Notes under the pieces: model-generated
The model's input: only the letters and a program-made list of their open reading frames with translations
Databases searched by the model: none
What the model was told of the DNA's origin: nothing
Shown here: positions 47,004 to 55,441 of the stretch, piece by piece
Numbering within the stretch: the first letter of the stretch is position 1
Layout: each line of letters begins with the position of its first letter
Position numbers and translations under genes: made by a program
Source of the DNA: Minisyncoccota bacterium
GTDB lineage: Bacteria; Patescibacteriota; Minisyncoccia; Phycocordibacterales; Phycocordibacteraceae
Direction: 5' to 3'
Length of the DNA: 64,000 nucleotides
Assembly: GCA_035627655.1 (NCBI GenBank)
Contig: DASPLI010000001.1
Location: 665,605 to 729,604, forward strand

Positions 47004-48230
47004 TTAGAGTGAGGTTCTCGTTACCCGATAAATCGCACCGGCACGGTCATCAGAAACGTAGAGCGTGCCGCCTGGCTCGATCAGGAGGCCGACGGGCCGC
47101 CCGATCGCATCGTCTTCTGAACCGCCAGCCGGAAGAAAGCCGGTAATGAAATCTATCGGTCCGGGCGTGGCAAGCGTACCTTGGTCCGTAAGATCGAAGC
47201 GGACCACCTTGTATCCCGTGGGTACAGAACGGTTCCAAGAGCCGTGATACGCGACCAAAAGATCATTCCCCATACCATCCGGCCATCCTTCCTCAGGAAC
47301 AAACACGAGGCCGAGCGCAGCTGAGTGTGCTTGTAGGTCGATATGCGACGGGACCGTGTCCGCGCAGGGATCGCGAATGTATTGGTTCTTGTCGAAATCC
47401 CGATCATGGATCCGCTGCCCGTAACAAATCGGCCAGCCATAATTTCCGCCCTCGCGAATGATATTGATCTCGTCTGGCGGGATATCGTCGCCGATGACGT
47501 CTCGCCCGTTTTCACTCGCCCACACTTCGCCAGTGACCGGGTTGGTTGCAAGAAAGACAGAGTTGCGAAGTCCGGTAGCAAAGGGAGTAAGCTGGCGAGT
47601 CTCAAGGTGTAGAGCTTGAATAGACGCGCGAAGCGGATTCTCTTCATTGCACACATTACACGACGAGCCAATGGAGATAAGCATGCGCTCCCCGTCTGGA
47701 TGCATCATGAGCGTTCGTGTGTAGTGACCGTCCCCTGTTGGAAAGGTCGCAAGCGTTACCGGATGGAGTGCGGTGAGATTCTCAGGATCGTATTCATATG
47801 ATTTCAGGACACCCGTCTCTGCAACATAGAGCGTGCAGGACGTTTCGGAGCAATCAAGCAAGAGTCCGTGCGGTTTATCCAACCGATCGAGTACAACAAC
47901 CGGACTCTCCGCAACGCCGTCGTTATTCTCGTCTTTAAGAGCAACGACTCTTCCCTGCGACGTCTCGGATACGAGAAGTGTGCCATTGAAATCTTTCACC
48001 ATGACGCGCGCGCCAGGCGTTTCTCGAGAGAAAATGGTGATCTGAAATCCTTCAGGAACAATCAAGGGCGCTTCGTTTCCAGACGGAAGCGGCGGAGGCG
48101 GCTCCGTCTTGGTGAGAAGGTCAATCAAGAACGCCGGCGGCTTATTCTTGAGAAAAGTGTAGCCAAAGTAGCCGCCGGCAACTACGAGAATAAGTACCAG
48201 AAGCGCGACGGCGGCTCGGCGCGAGGTCAT
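47004..48230 (-). CDS. PQQ-dependent sugar/sorbosone dehydrogenase family beta-propeller
   Basis: GSSCNVC, GLRNSV, ENGRD..GDD.PPDE, NYGWP, HGSWNR, GRPV, LYVSDD. Confidence 0.88.
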   Translation of the reverse strand: MTSRRAAVALLVLILVVAGGYFGYTFLKNKPPAFLIDLLTKTEPPPPLPSGNEAPLIVPEGFQITIFSRETPGARVMVKDFNGTLLVSETSQGRVVALKDENNDGVAESPVVVLDRLDKPHGLLLDCSETSCTLYVAETGVLKSYEYDPENLTALHPVTLATFPTGDGHYTRTLMMHPDGERMLISIGSSCNVCNEENPLRASIQALHLETRQLTPFATGLRNSVFLATNPVTGEVWASENGRDVIGDDIPPDEINIIREGGNYGWPICYGQRIHDRDFDKNQYIRDPCADTVPSHIDLQAHSAALGLVFVPEEGWPDGMGNDLLVAYHGSWNRSVPTGYKVVRFDLTDQGTLATPGPIDFITGFLPAGGSEDDAIGRPVGLLIEPGGTLYVSDDRAGAIYRVTRTSL

Positions 48231-48286
48231 AGCTCCAGAGTAGCGCATCCTCCCATGATAAACCGGTGAAGGGGTACTATGGGAGT

Positions 48287-48874
48287 ATGGATCTCTTCCG
48301 CAAGCTCTCAACGCCTGAAAAAATACAGGACTTTCTTGATGCGATGCCCATCAACCACGAACATGGTGGCGAAACCTGCACAAGTCCGGCGCATACCCTT
48401 GAACGTAAGACGGCACATTGTCTTGAAGGAGCACTGCTTGCGGCGGCGGCGCTCTGGTCGCATGGACACGAGCCGCTGTTACTCAACCTGAAGTCGTCTC
48501 CGGGAGACGATGATCACGCAGTCGCGCTCTTCCGACGGAATGGACGCTGGGGTGCTATATCAAAGACGAATCATGCGGTGTTACGCTATCGCGATCCCAT
48601 CTATGCGACACCGCGCGAACTCGCACTCTCCTATTTCCACGAGTATTTCCTCAATACAACAGGAAAGAAAACCCTCCTTGCCTATTCCAAGCCATTCAAT
48701 CTGAAACGCTTCGGGAAGAAATGGATTACTGCAGACACGAATCTTTGGGACATTGCCTATGCCCTGCGCAAAAGTCCGCATACCCTGATCGTACCGACGA
48801 AAGATCGTCGCCGACTGCGTCCTGCAAGCGCCATTGAACGGAAGGCTGGCTCACTGGTTGAGTGGCGGCCGTAA
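48287..48874 (+). CDS. Conserved protein, transglutaminase-like cysteine fold
   Basis: AHCLEGAL, DDHAVALF, WGAISKTN, RYRDP. Confidence 0.7.
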   Translation: MDLFRKLSTPEKIQDFLDAMPINHEHGGETCTSPAHTLERKTAHCLEGALLAAAALWSHGHEPLLLNLKSSPGDDDHAVALFRRNGRWGAISKTNHAVLRYRDPIYATPRELALSYFHEYFLNTTGKKTLLAYSKPFNLKRFGKKWITADTNLWDIAYALRKSPHTLIVPTKDRRRLRPASAIERKAGSLVEWRP

Positions 48875-48911
48875 ACAATTTCTTGTAGGGTACGAAGTGG
48901 AGGTACTCTAC

Positions 48912-49460
48912 ATGAAAGTCATACTTCCCAAGACTCGGGTCGACCCCGAGCTCTACCGGCACAAGAAGCTCTTTTTCTTGGCCGGACCGGTCCGTGGCGG
49001 TGGCGATTGGCAGCAACACATGTGCAAGGAGCTCGACCAGCTTCTTGTCGATTACGTCGTTGCTATTCCACAGCGCTACTCGGACGATCATCCGCTGCAG
49101 CAATATCGACTGTCTGGCGATGAGAACGGATTCTCTCGTCAACTCGACTGGGAATCGTTCTACCTTGATGAGGCATCGCGAAGCGGCGGCGTGGTGTTCT
49201 GGCTCGGCTTTGAAAATGCCGAGTCACCGCATCCAGGACCTGAACCCTACGCGATGGATACCCGTGGCGAACTTGGCGAGTGGCGAACCCACAAGCAGTA
49301 CCGCCCGGATGTTCGCCTCTTTATCGGAGCGGACGAGCGCTTCTACGGCCTCAGCCAGATAGAGCGCAATTGCAAGCGGCAGATCGGCCCGGATTTCCGG
49401 ATCTATCCGTCCATGCGCGAACTTGCGCATGCGGCGGCCGGGTACGGAGCGGTCCGATAG
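48912..49460 (+). CDS. Nucleoside 2-deoxyribosyltransferase-like protein
   Basis: FLAGP...DWQ, QLDWE, VVFW, TRGELG; GGAGGT SD. Confidence 0.75.
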   Translation: MKVILPKTRVDPELYRHKKLFFLAGPVRGGGDWQQHMCKELDQLLVDYVVAIPQRYSDDHPLQQYRLSGDENGFSRQLDWESFYLDEASRSGGVVFWLGFENAESPHPGPEPYAMDTRGELGEWRTHKQYRPDVRLFIGADERFYGLSQIERNCKRQIGPDFRIYPSMRELAHAAAGYGAVR

Positions 49461-49522
49461 GACAGACGCGGCTGGAATCAAGCGATTCCAGCCGCTTTCT
49501 ATATCTGTGCTAGGATGCCGCC

Positions 49523-50383
49523 ATGGCCAACATGAAGATCCTCTGGGCAGTTGTCGGTATAAGTATTGTACTCTTTGCCCTCGGCGCATTCTTCTACGTA
49601 CGCACCACCACCGCACTCACGCAGAAGCTCGATACGGCTACAAATGAACTATCGGAAACCGCCGCCTCGCTTGCGGAGGCCGAACGTCAGAATGAGGAGC
49701 TGACCGCAGCCCTCAACGCTGAACGCGAGCGCAACGACGCCTTTGCAAACCAAATCGATGAGATCACAGGAACTGTCGGACGGCTCGATAAGCTCTCGCG
49801 TACTGACCCGGAACTCCTTCAGAAATATTCGCGTGTGTACTTCCTCAACGAAAACTATGCTCCGGCTGATCTCTACCCGGTTCCGCAGAACTACTGGTTC
49901 CAGGAAGGCAAAGACGAAGAGATTCTCACTGGCATTGCGCCGCATCTCATCGACCTGCTTGAGGCCGCTACAGAGGACGGCATCGATCTCTTGGTCGCCT
50001 CTTCCTACCGTTCCTTTGAGCGACAAGGAGAGCTCAAGAACAGCTACGTTGTGCGGTATGGGACTGGCGCAAATGCCTTTTCCGCAGAACAGGGGTACTC
50101 GGAACACCAGCTTGGAACGACCGTCGACTTCACGACCCGAGAAGTCGGCGGCACGTTTGCCGGCTTTGATCAGACTGAGGCCTATGAATGGCTTGCGGAA
50201 AACGCCTATAAGTATGGATTCGTACTCTCCTATCCGAAGGGCAATACGTACTATCAGTACGAGCCGTGGCACTGGCGCTTTGTCGGCCGCGAACTTGCCC
50301 GGGATTTGCATCGGGACGAGAAATTCTTTTACGACCTGGATCAGCGGGAAATCGACACCTACCTGGTCAACTTCTATGACTAA
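49523..50383 (+). CDS. Membrane-anchored D-Ala-D-Ala carboxypeptidase (VanY/M15B) with coiled-coil stalk
   Basis: SSYRS, SEHQLGTTVD, YEPWHWRFVG; TM then heptad region. Confidence 0.9.
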   Translation: MANMKILWAVVGISIVLFALGAFFYVRTTTALTQKLDTATNELSETAASLAEAERQNEELTAALNAERERNDAFANQIDEITGTVGRLDKLSRTDPELLQKYSRVYFLNENYAPADLYPVPQNYWFQEGKDEEILTGIAPHLIDLLEAATEDGIDLLVASSYRSFERQGELKNSYVVRYGTGANAFSAEQGYSEHQLGTTVDFTTREVGGTFAGFDQTEAYEWLAENAYKYGFVLSYPKGNTYYQYEPWHWRFVGRELARDLHRDEKFFYDLDQREIDTYLVNFYD

Positions 50384-50430
50384 CAACAACGCCCCGGATA
50401 GCCGGGGCGTTGTTCTTTCACGAGAATAGA

Positions 50431-51099
50431 TTAGCGAAGGGCGAGAGCGTTTCCTTCAACGAGCTTGCGCAGTTCCTCCTGGGTTTCTGGGAGGTCAGCG
50501 ATATCAAGCTTGCCGAGCACTCGAATCTTGACCCCGGAACATACGCCAAGGGCGATACTCGGGTTTACCTCCTTCCCAGAGACCGTGACGGTATCTGCCT
50601 CATTGAGGAGGACGTCGATCTGAGCGCGCTTACGGCTGTGCATACTGTCTGCAACGACGCGGTAGCCAATAAGGTGCTCGACGGCCCCATAGCCACAGGA
50701 AGCGGTATCAGAAGCATCCCGAGAGAGTTCGATGACCGTTCCGTACGGAAGGGCTGCCGCAAGGTCGATAGAGCGAGCGGCAATAATCTCCGGGTTCGTG
50801 CGGACACCAGAAGCGGTCACGGTCGGGTTATGGTCCGTCTGCTCAGGCACGGCGTTATACGACGTGAGCTTCACGGTATATACCTCCTCCTCCGTGGGAC
50901 GGATAAGGGTAGGCGCCTCAGCGACTGCAAGCGTGGTCGTAGCGACCTCAGCTGCAATCACCGATGCGGCGGTCTCAGGCGGAGCCACGGGGCCCGCTGA
51001 GAACGCGAGAAAGCCCATGAGGGCTATCGTTAGTGCTGGCATAAATGAAAAAACGGCTCTCGCCGTCTTGTGCGTGTAGCTTAGCATTTTGAGATTCAA
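50431..51099 (-). CDS. 3D-domain (MltA-like) cell-wall protein
   Basis: TSYN....QTD..P..TASG, LPYGT, VADSM..R..QID. Confidence 0.75.
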   Translation of the reverse strand: MNLKMLSYTHKTARAVFSFMPALTIALMGFLAFSAGPVAPPETAASVIAAEVATTTLAVAEAPTLIRPTEEEVYTVKLTSYNAVPEQTDHNPTVTASGVRTNPEIIAARSIDLAAALPYGTVIELSRDASDTASCGYGAVEHLIGYRVVADSMHSRKRAQIDVLLNEADTVTVSGKEVNPSIALGVCSGVKIRVLGKLDIADLPETQEELRKLVEGNALALR

Positions 51100-51289
51100 A
51101 AGTCAATGGCTGTGACATATAAAAATGAATTGTCAATGCTTATTTCCTAAAATACCGAGTAAATAAGCCATATTTTCAAAATGTCGATTATGAAGCTCGA
51201 TTATGAGCCAAACTTCATGATCCTTCCATGTATTTCCCTCTACTCTCAGCTCTGTATACTCGCTATATGATCAAGAACCGCGCGCTCCT

Positions 51290-53338
51290 ATGACCATTTT
51301 TGGTCTCCGACTCTTCCACCCCCTCACGAAACGCCAGTGGCGAGCAGCCATTCTCCTATTTATCGCCTACGTAGCCGCAATGCGGGTTTCCGCAGCACTC
51401 TTTTCAGCTCCTGGGATTATCTTCCCTGCTTCCGGCATAGCTCTTGCCGGCCTCTATCTGGAAGGGTTCGCGCTGTGGCCAGTTGTCTTTATTGCCTCTT
51501 TGGTTGGATACGTTCTCTCCGGCTCCTCCCCAGTCTATATGCTTTTGCTTCCGCTTGCGCACACCCTGCAGGCAATTGCTGGCGCTTGGATGCTCCGGCG
51601 GCTCGGCATAGACCCACTCTTCCGGCGCATGAAGGACATGCTGGCGATGATAAGCGTATCGTTCGTCGCCTCCCTTATTGTTCCAACAATTGGGACGATA
51701 GCCCGGCACCTCAATTCCTTCATCTATAACACCCCCCTTTCAAGCGTCACGTGGTCGTCTTGGTACGTCGCAACCGTGTTCAGCCTCCTTATCATCTCGC
51801 CATTTCTGATCCGCTGGTTTATTAAGCCTCGATTCTCTAGAAACAAGTTCCAGGTGCTTGAGGTCCTCTCAGCGTTCGGCCTTCTCCTTCTCCTCTCTTA
51901 TTTCCTCTTTATCACCCCCTATACGTCGCTTGCCGGCATTTCGCTTGTCTACCTACTCCTTATCCCGCTTTTTTGGATCGCGCTCCGGCTTCGTCCACGC
52001 TTTACGACGCTCGCTCTTATCCTTCTCTCCTGCTTTGCCTTCGCCGGCATCTTTCTTGGTGCAAACGCACCAGACCCAGCCGAGTATGGTCAACGCCTCT
52101 TTCAGACAGAGATTTTCCTAACCATTATCGCTGCAATCTTCTTTATTCTGACTTCGCTTGAGGAGGATCGTCGAATGACGACGAATCTTATGCGCTCGCA
52201 AGTCTCAACGCTCCAAAACGCTCTTGAGCGCGTTGCCTCCCAAGACAAAGCCAAAAGCGAGTTCATCGCCATGCTTGCGCACGAGCTTCGAAACCCGCTC
52301 GCCCCTATTGCAAGCTCGATTGATCTCTTGCGTCTCAAAAGCCCGAAAGATCAGGAACAGATTGAGCTTCTGAATTTGATGGATAACCGTATGCATACCA
52401 TCAAGCGTCTTCTCGATGACCTGCTTGATGTATCGCGTATCGGCGAAAACAAGCTCGTACTTGAAAAAGAGCAGATTGAGGTGTCTACCGTGGTGCGGCG
52501 AGCTGCAGCCTCGGCCGAACCGTACTTCCAGCAGCGCAACCAGAATCTGGTACTCGAGATGCCGGGAACCGAGTTTGTGATCGAAGCAGACCCGGTTCGC
52601 ATTGAACAGGTCATCACCAACCTGCTTACCAACGCCTCAAAGTTCTCTAACCCGCGAGACGAAATCCGGCTGACCGTGCGTCAGTCCGGCGACATGGTTG
52701 AAATCACCGTTTCCGACCGCGGTGTCGGTATCGATGAGGACATGCTTGGACGAATCTTTGAACCGTTCTTGCAGGTAGAACTTGGTAAACGCACCCGCCA
52801 GGGCCTTGGCATCGGACTTGCCTTGGTTCGAAACCTTACGGAGATGCACGGCGGAAGCGTACGTGTAAAGAGCGCAGGCAAAGGCCGCGGCAGTCAATTT
52901 ACGGTGCTGCTCCCATTAGTATCTAAAACACCAAAACGTATGCGTGAACCAGAAGAACGAGTTACCCCTAACCGGGCACCAAACGGCTTTCGAGTACTTG
53001 TAGTTGACGACAACGACAGCGCCGCATGGAGTATTGGTCGAGTGTTGGAACTTCAGGGGTACCAGATTGACTACGCATATGACGGTGAGCGCGCACTGGA
53101 GAAAGCGCAGGGCTTCAAGCCACATGCAGTCCTTCTTGATATTGGACTACCAGACATGGATGGCTATGAAGTTGGGAAAGCGCTGCGCGGGCAAGGATTT
53201 TCAGGACGTTTGATTGCTCTCTCCGGATACAGCGTTGCCGATGACGCGACGCGCGGAAAGGCAGCCGGTTTTGACTCTTACCTCATTAAGCCGGCCAGCA
53301 TGTCTGATCTTACGCGCGTACTTGAAGGACTTGCCTAA
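51290..53338 (+). CDS. Hybrid sensor histidine kinase (MASE1-HisKA-HATPase-REC)
   Basis: FPASGIALA MASE1-like start, LAHELRNPL, NLLTNASKF, DRGVG, GLGIGL, DIGLPDMDG. Confidence 0.92.
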   Translation: MTIFGLRLFHPLTKRQWRAAILLFIAYVAAMRVSAALFSAPGIIFPASGIALAGLYLEGFALWPVVFIASLVGYVLSGSSPVYMLLLPLAHTLQAIAGAWMLRRLGIDPLFRRMKDMLAMISVSFVASLIVPTIGTIARHLNSFIYNTPLSSVTWSSWYVATVFSLLIISPFLIRWFIKPRFSRNKFQVLEVLSAFGLLLLLSYFLFITPYTSLAGISLVYLLLIPLFWIALRLRPRFTTLALILLSCFAFAGIFLGANAPDPAEYGQRLFQTEIFLTIIAAIFFILTSLEEDRRMTTNLMRSQVSTLQNALERVASQDKAKSEFIAMLAHELRNPLAPIASSIDLLRLKSPKDQEQIELLNLMDNRMHTIKRLLDDLLDVSRIGENKLVLEKEQIEVSTVVRRAAASAEPYFQQRNQNLVLEMPGTEFVIEADPVRIEQVITNLLTNASKFSNPRDEIRLTVRQSGDMVEITVSDRGVGIDEDMLGRIFEPFLQVELGKRTRQGLGIGLALVRNLTEMHGGSVRVKSAGKGRGSQFTVLLPLVSKTPKRMREPEERVTPNRAPNGFRVLVVDDNDSAAWSIGRVLELQGYQIDYAYDGERALEKAQGFKPHAVLLDIGLPDMDGYEVGKALRGQGFSGRLIALSGYSVADDATRGKAAGFDSYLIKPASMSDLTRVLEGLA

Positions 53339-53775
53339 GCTCTGCCGTATCGCTGATCGATCGCTTTGAGCTCCTTCTTATCCTTGAGTACCGCTTCGGC
53401 AATAAGATCAACCTTTTCTTCGAGCCGGTCACTTCCCTCTTTGGACTGCGGAGATCCAAGAAAGAGGAGGAACGCAAGTCCGGCCACCTGCCAGATCAGC
53501 TGGAGGAATTCAGATTGCCAGTTCTCAAGCGTATCCCGCAACATTTGAAGCGTATAACCCGTCACCTCTGGAAGTTCACCATGCATCTGGCTTTCGTCTA
53601 CGTATACATACCAACCAAAAACCCAGTGACCGATAAGGGAGCCAATAAAGAGAGCGAGTGTTGCCCAGAGATAGCCATATCGAATAAAGATTGAGCGTTT
53701 GTGTAGTGATTGCATCAGCTCCTTGTATAGAAAACAGCCTGAATCCTTGGTGAATGGGCATGAAGGCTTCTTCAT
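53335..53775 (-). CDS. DUF6766-like membrane protein (start may be 53715)
   Basis: ENWQSEFLQL and GSPQSK motifs. Confidence 0.75.
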   Translation of the reverse strand: MKKPSCPFTKDSGCFLYKELMQSLHKRSIFIRYGYLWATLALFIGSLIGHWVFGWYVYVDESQMHGELPEVTGYTLQMLRDTLENWQSEFLQLIWQVAGLAFLLFLGSPQSKEGSDRLEEKVDLIAEAVLKDKKELKAIDQRYGRA

Positions 53776-53871
53776 CTAATCTTCCCAGAACTATTGTTAT
53801 CTATACAGGTATGTTCCCGGGTACGCGGGACGCTACGTTATCCGCCACTAACGTCAGTATCATGCACTTAT

Positions 53872-53902
53872 GCAAAAAACCCCGCTGCGGCGGGGTTTTT
53901 GC
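53872..53902. terminator. Intrinsic terminator after nrdB
   Basis: GCAAAAAACCCCGC-TGC-GGCGGGGTTTTTGC. Confidence 0.8.
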
Positions 53903-53912
53903 GTTCTAGACC

Positions 53913-54947
53913 TTACCAGGAAAGCTGGCCGCCCGTCTTGTACTCCGTAACGCGCGTTTCGAAGAAATTCTTCTCCTTGTTAAGGTCCACTGCCTCACTC
54001 ATCCAGGTAAACGGATTGGAGACGTTGAACTGAGCTGGGAGACCGACGCGCTCGAGGCGGCGATCCGCAATGTGCTCGATGTACTGTTTGAAACCCGCGG
54101 CGTTCATGCCGAAGATGCCGCGCGGGAATACTTCGGTTGCAAACGTGTACTCAAGCACGACCGCCCGTCGAACAAGGTCAACTATGTGGTCCTGGAAGGA
54201 CTTCGTCCACACCTCCGGCTGTTCCTCCTTGATCGCATTGATCATATTGATGCCGAAGTTTAGGTGCTGCGACTCGTCGCGCATGATGTACTGAATCTGC
54301 TCTGCCGAACCCGTAAGTTTATTCTGGCGCTGGAAGCCGAACATAACGGCAAACGACGAATAGAAGAAGATACCTTCGAGAATCAGCGAGAACACGCACA
54401 GGTTCTCAAGAAACTTCTGGTCATTCTCAAGCGTACCCGTCTTGAAGCTCGGATCGAAGATGCCTTCGTTCAAGCCGAGTACCATATTGTCTTTCTGATA
54501 GATCGCATCAATCTCGCGATACATGTTGAAGATACGACTCTCGTCCATAGAGAGCGATTCCACGATGTACTGATACGCGTGTGTATGGATCGCCTCTTCA
54601 TAGCCCTGGCGAAGAAGATACATACGGCACTCAGGACTCGTAATGTGCTTGTAGAGGGCAAGCACCACGTTATTTGCGGCAATGGAATCTGCGGTCGTGA
54701 AGAAGCCGAGCACCGTTTCAAATGCTTTGCGTTCGTCTGCGGAGAGCACGTCTGGCGCGCGCCACTGCTCAATGTCGCGCTGCATGGAGATTTCAGTCGG
54801 CAGCCAGTGGTTGGCGTTTCCGGCCATGTACGCCTCCCACGCAAATTTATGGCGCATGGGATACAGCTGCATGACGTCAGCGTCCGCGCCATTAATAATT
54901 CGGCGCTTATTGATATCAACGACACTTGCTCCCTTGTTGATCGGCAT
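53913..54947 (-). CDS. nrdB: Ribonucleotide reductase class Ia beta subunit
   Basis: FFTTADS (Asp ligand), EEAIHTHAY (radical Tyr), LEGIFFY, RDESQH, NFFETRVTEY. Confidence 0.94.
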   Translation of the reverse strand: MPINKGASVVDINKRRIINGADADVMQLYPMRHKFAWEAYMAGNANHWLPTEISMQRDIEQWRAPDVLSADERKAFETVLGFFTTADSIAANNVVLALYKHITSPECRMYLLRQGYEEAIHTHAYQYIVESLSMDESRIFNMYREIDAIYQKDNMVLGLNEGIFDPSFKTGTLENDQKFLENLCVFSLILEGIFFYSSFAVMFGFQRQNKLTGSAEQIQYIMRDESQHLNFGINMINAIKEEQPEVWTKSFQDHIVDLVRRAVVLEYTFATEVFPRGIFGMNAAGFKQYIEHIADRRLERVGLPAQFNVSNPFTWMSEAVDLNKEKNFFETRVTEYKTGGQLSW

Positions 54948-55216
54948 ACGCGGTAAATAAATTAGTGATAATTCGAGTTCGTAACGCTCGGTAGTGGTTA
55001 GGTCATTTTCACCCCTTTCGGCAGGTGGAGCAACATGTGGAGAACATGCATTAGGACACGTTTCCAAACGAAAAAATAACCTTGTATTTTCTTGCTCTTT
55101 TAGCGTACGTACCTACACCATATCAAACAAAAAGGATCCATTGACACATATATAAATTATAGTTATTATATTTTCGACCCATTTCGCGGGTCGCTCTTTC
55201 ATGGAGAGTGCGCGAT

Positions 55217-55384
55217 ATGATGCTCGACCCAACCAGCATGATGCTGCTTGAGCTCTTTCCGTGGCTTAAACCCGTGTGCGCCGCCCTTGCGGTTGCGTTC
55301 GTGGGATACAGCCTAGAACAGATGCCCGAGCCCGTGCTGCAAGACGAATCGGCATATGACGAGGACGACTTCCCGTCCCTCTGA
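55217..55384 (+). CDS. 55-aa small protein with acidic tail between nrdA and nrdB (absent from ORF track)
   Basis: MMLDPTSMMLLELFPWLKPVCAALAVAFVGYSLEQMPEPVLQDESAYDEDDFPSL; promoter TTGACA-N17-TATTAT (55141-55169); GGAGAG SD. Confidence 0.55.
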   Translation: MMLDPTSMMLLELFPWLKPVCAALAVAFVGYSLEQMPEPVLQDESAYDEDDFPSL

Positions 55385-55390
55385 TAGCGC

Positions 55391-55421
55391 AGAAGGCCGC
55401 CCATACTCAGGGCGGCCTTCT
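55391..55421. terminator. Bidirectional terminator between nrdA and the small ORF
   Basis: AGAAGGCCGCCC-ATACTCA-GGGCGGCCTTCT. Confidence 0.75.
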
Positions 55422-55441
55422 TAGTTTCTATACGAAGCGGA

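Noticed and set aside
53913-54947. Class Ic (Mn/Fe) or metal-free RNR beta subunit
   Set aside because: First ligand is Asp, the radical Tyr is present and the other carboxylate ligands are intact, consistent with class Ia
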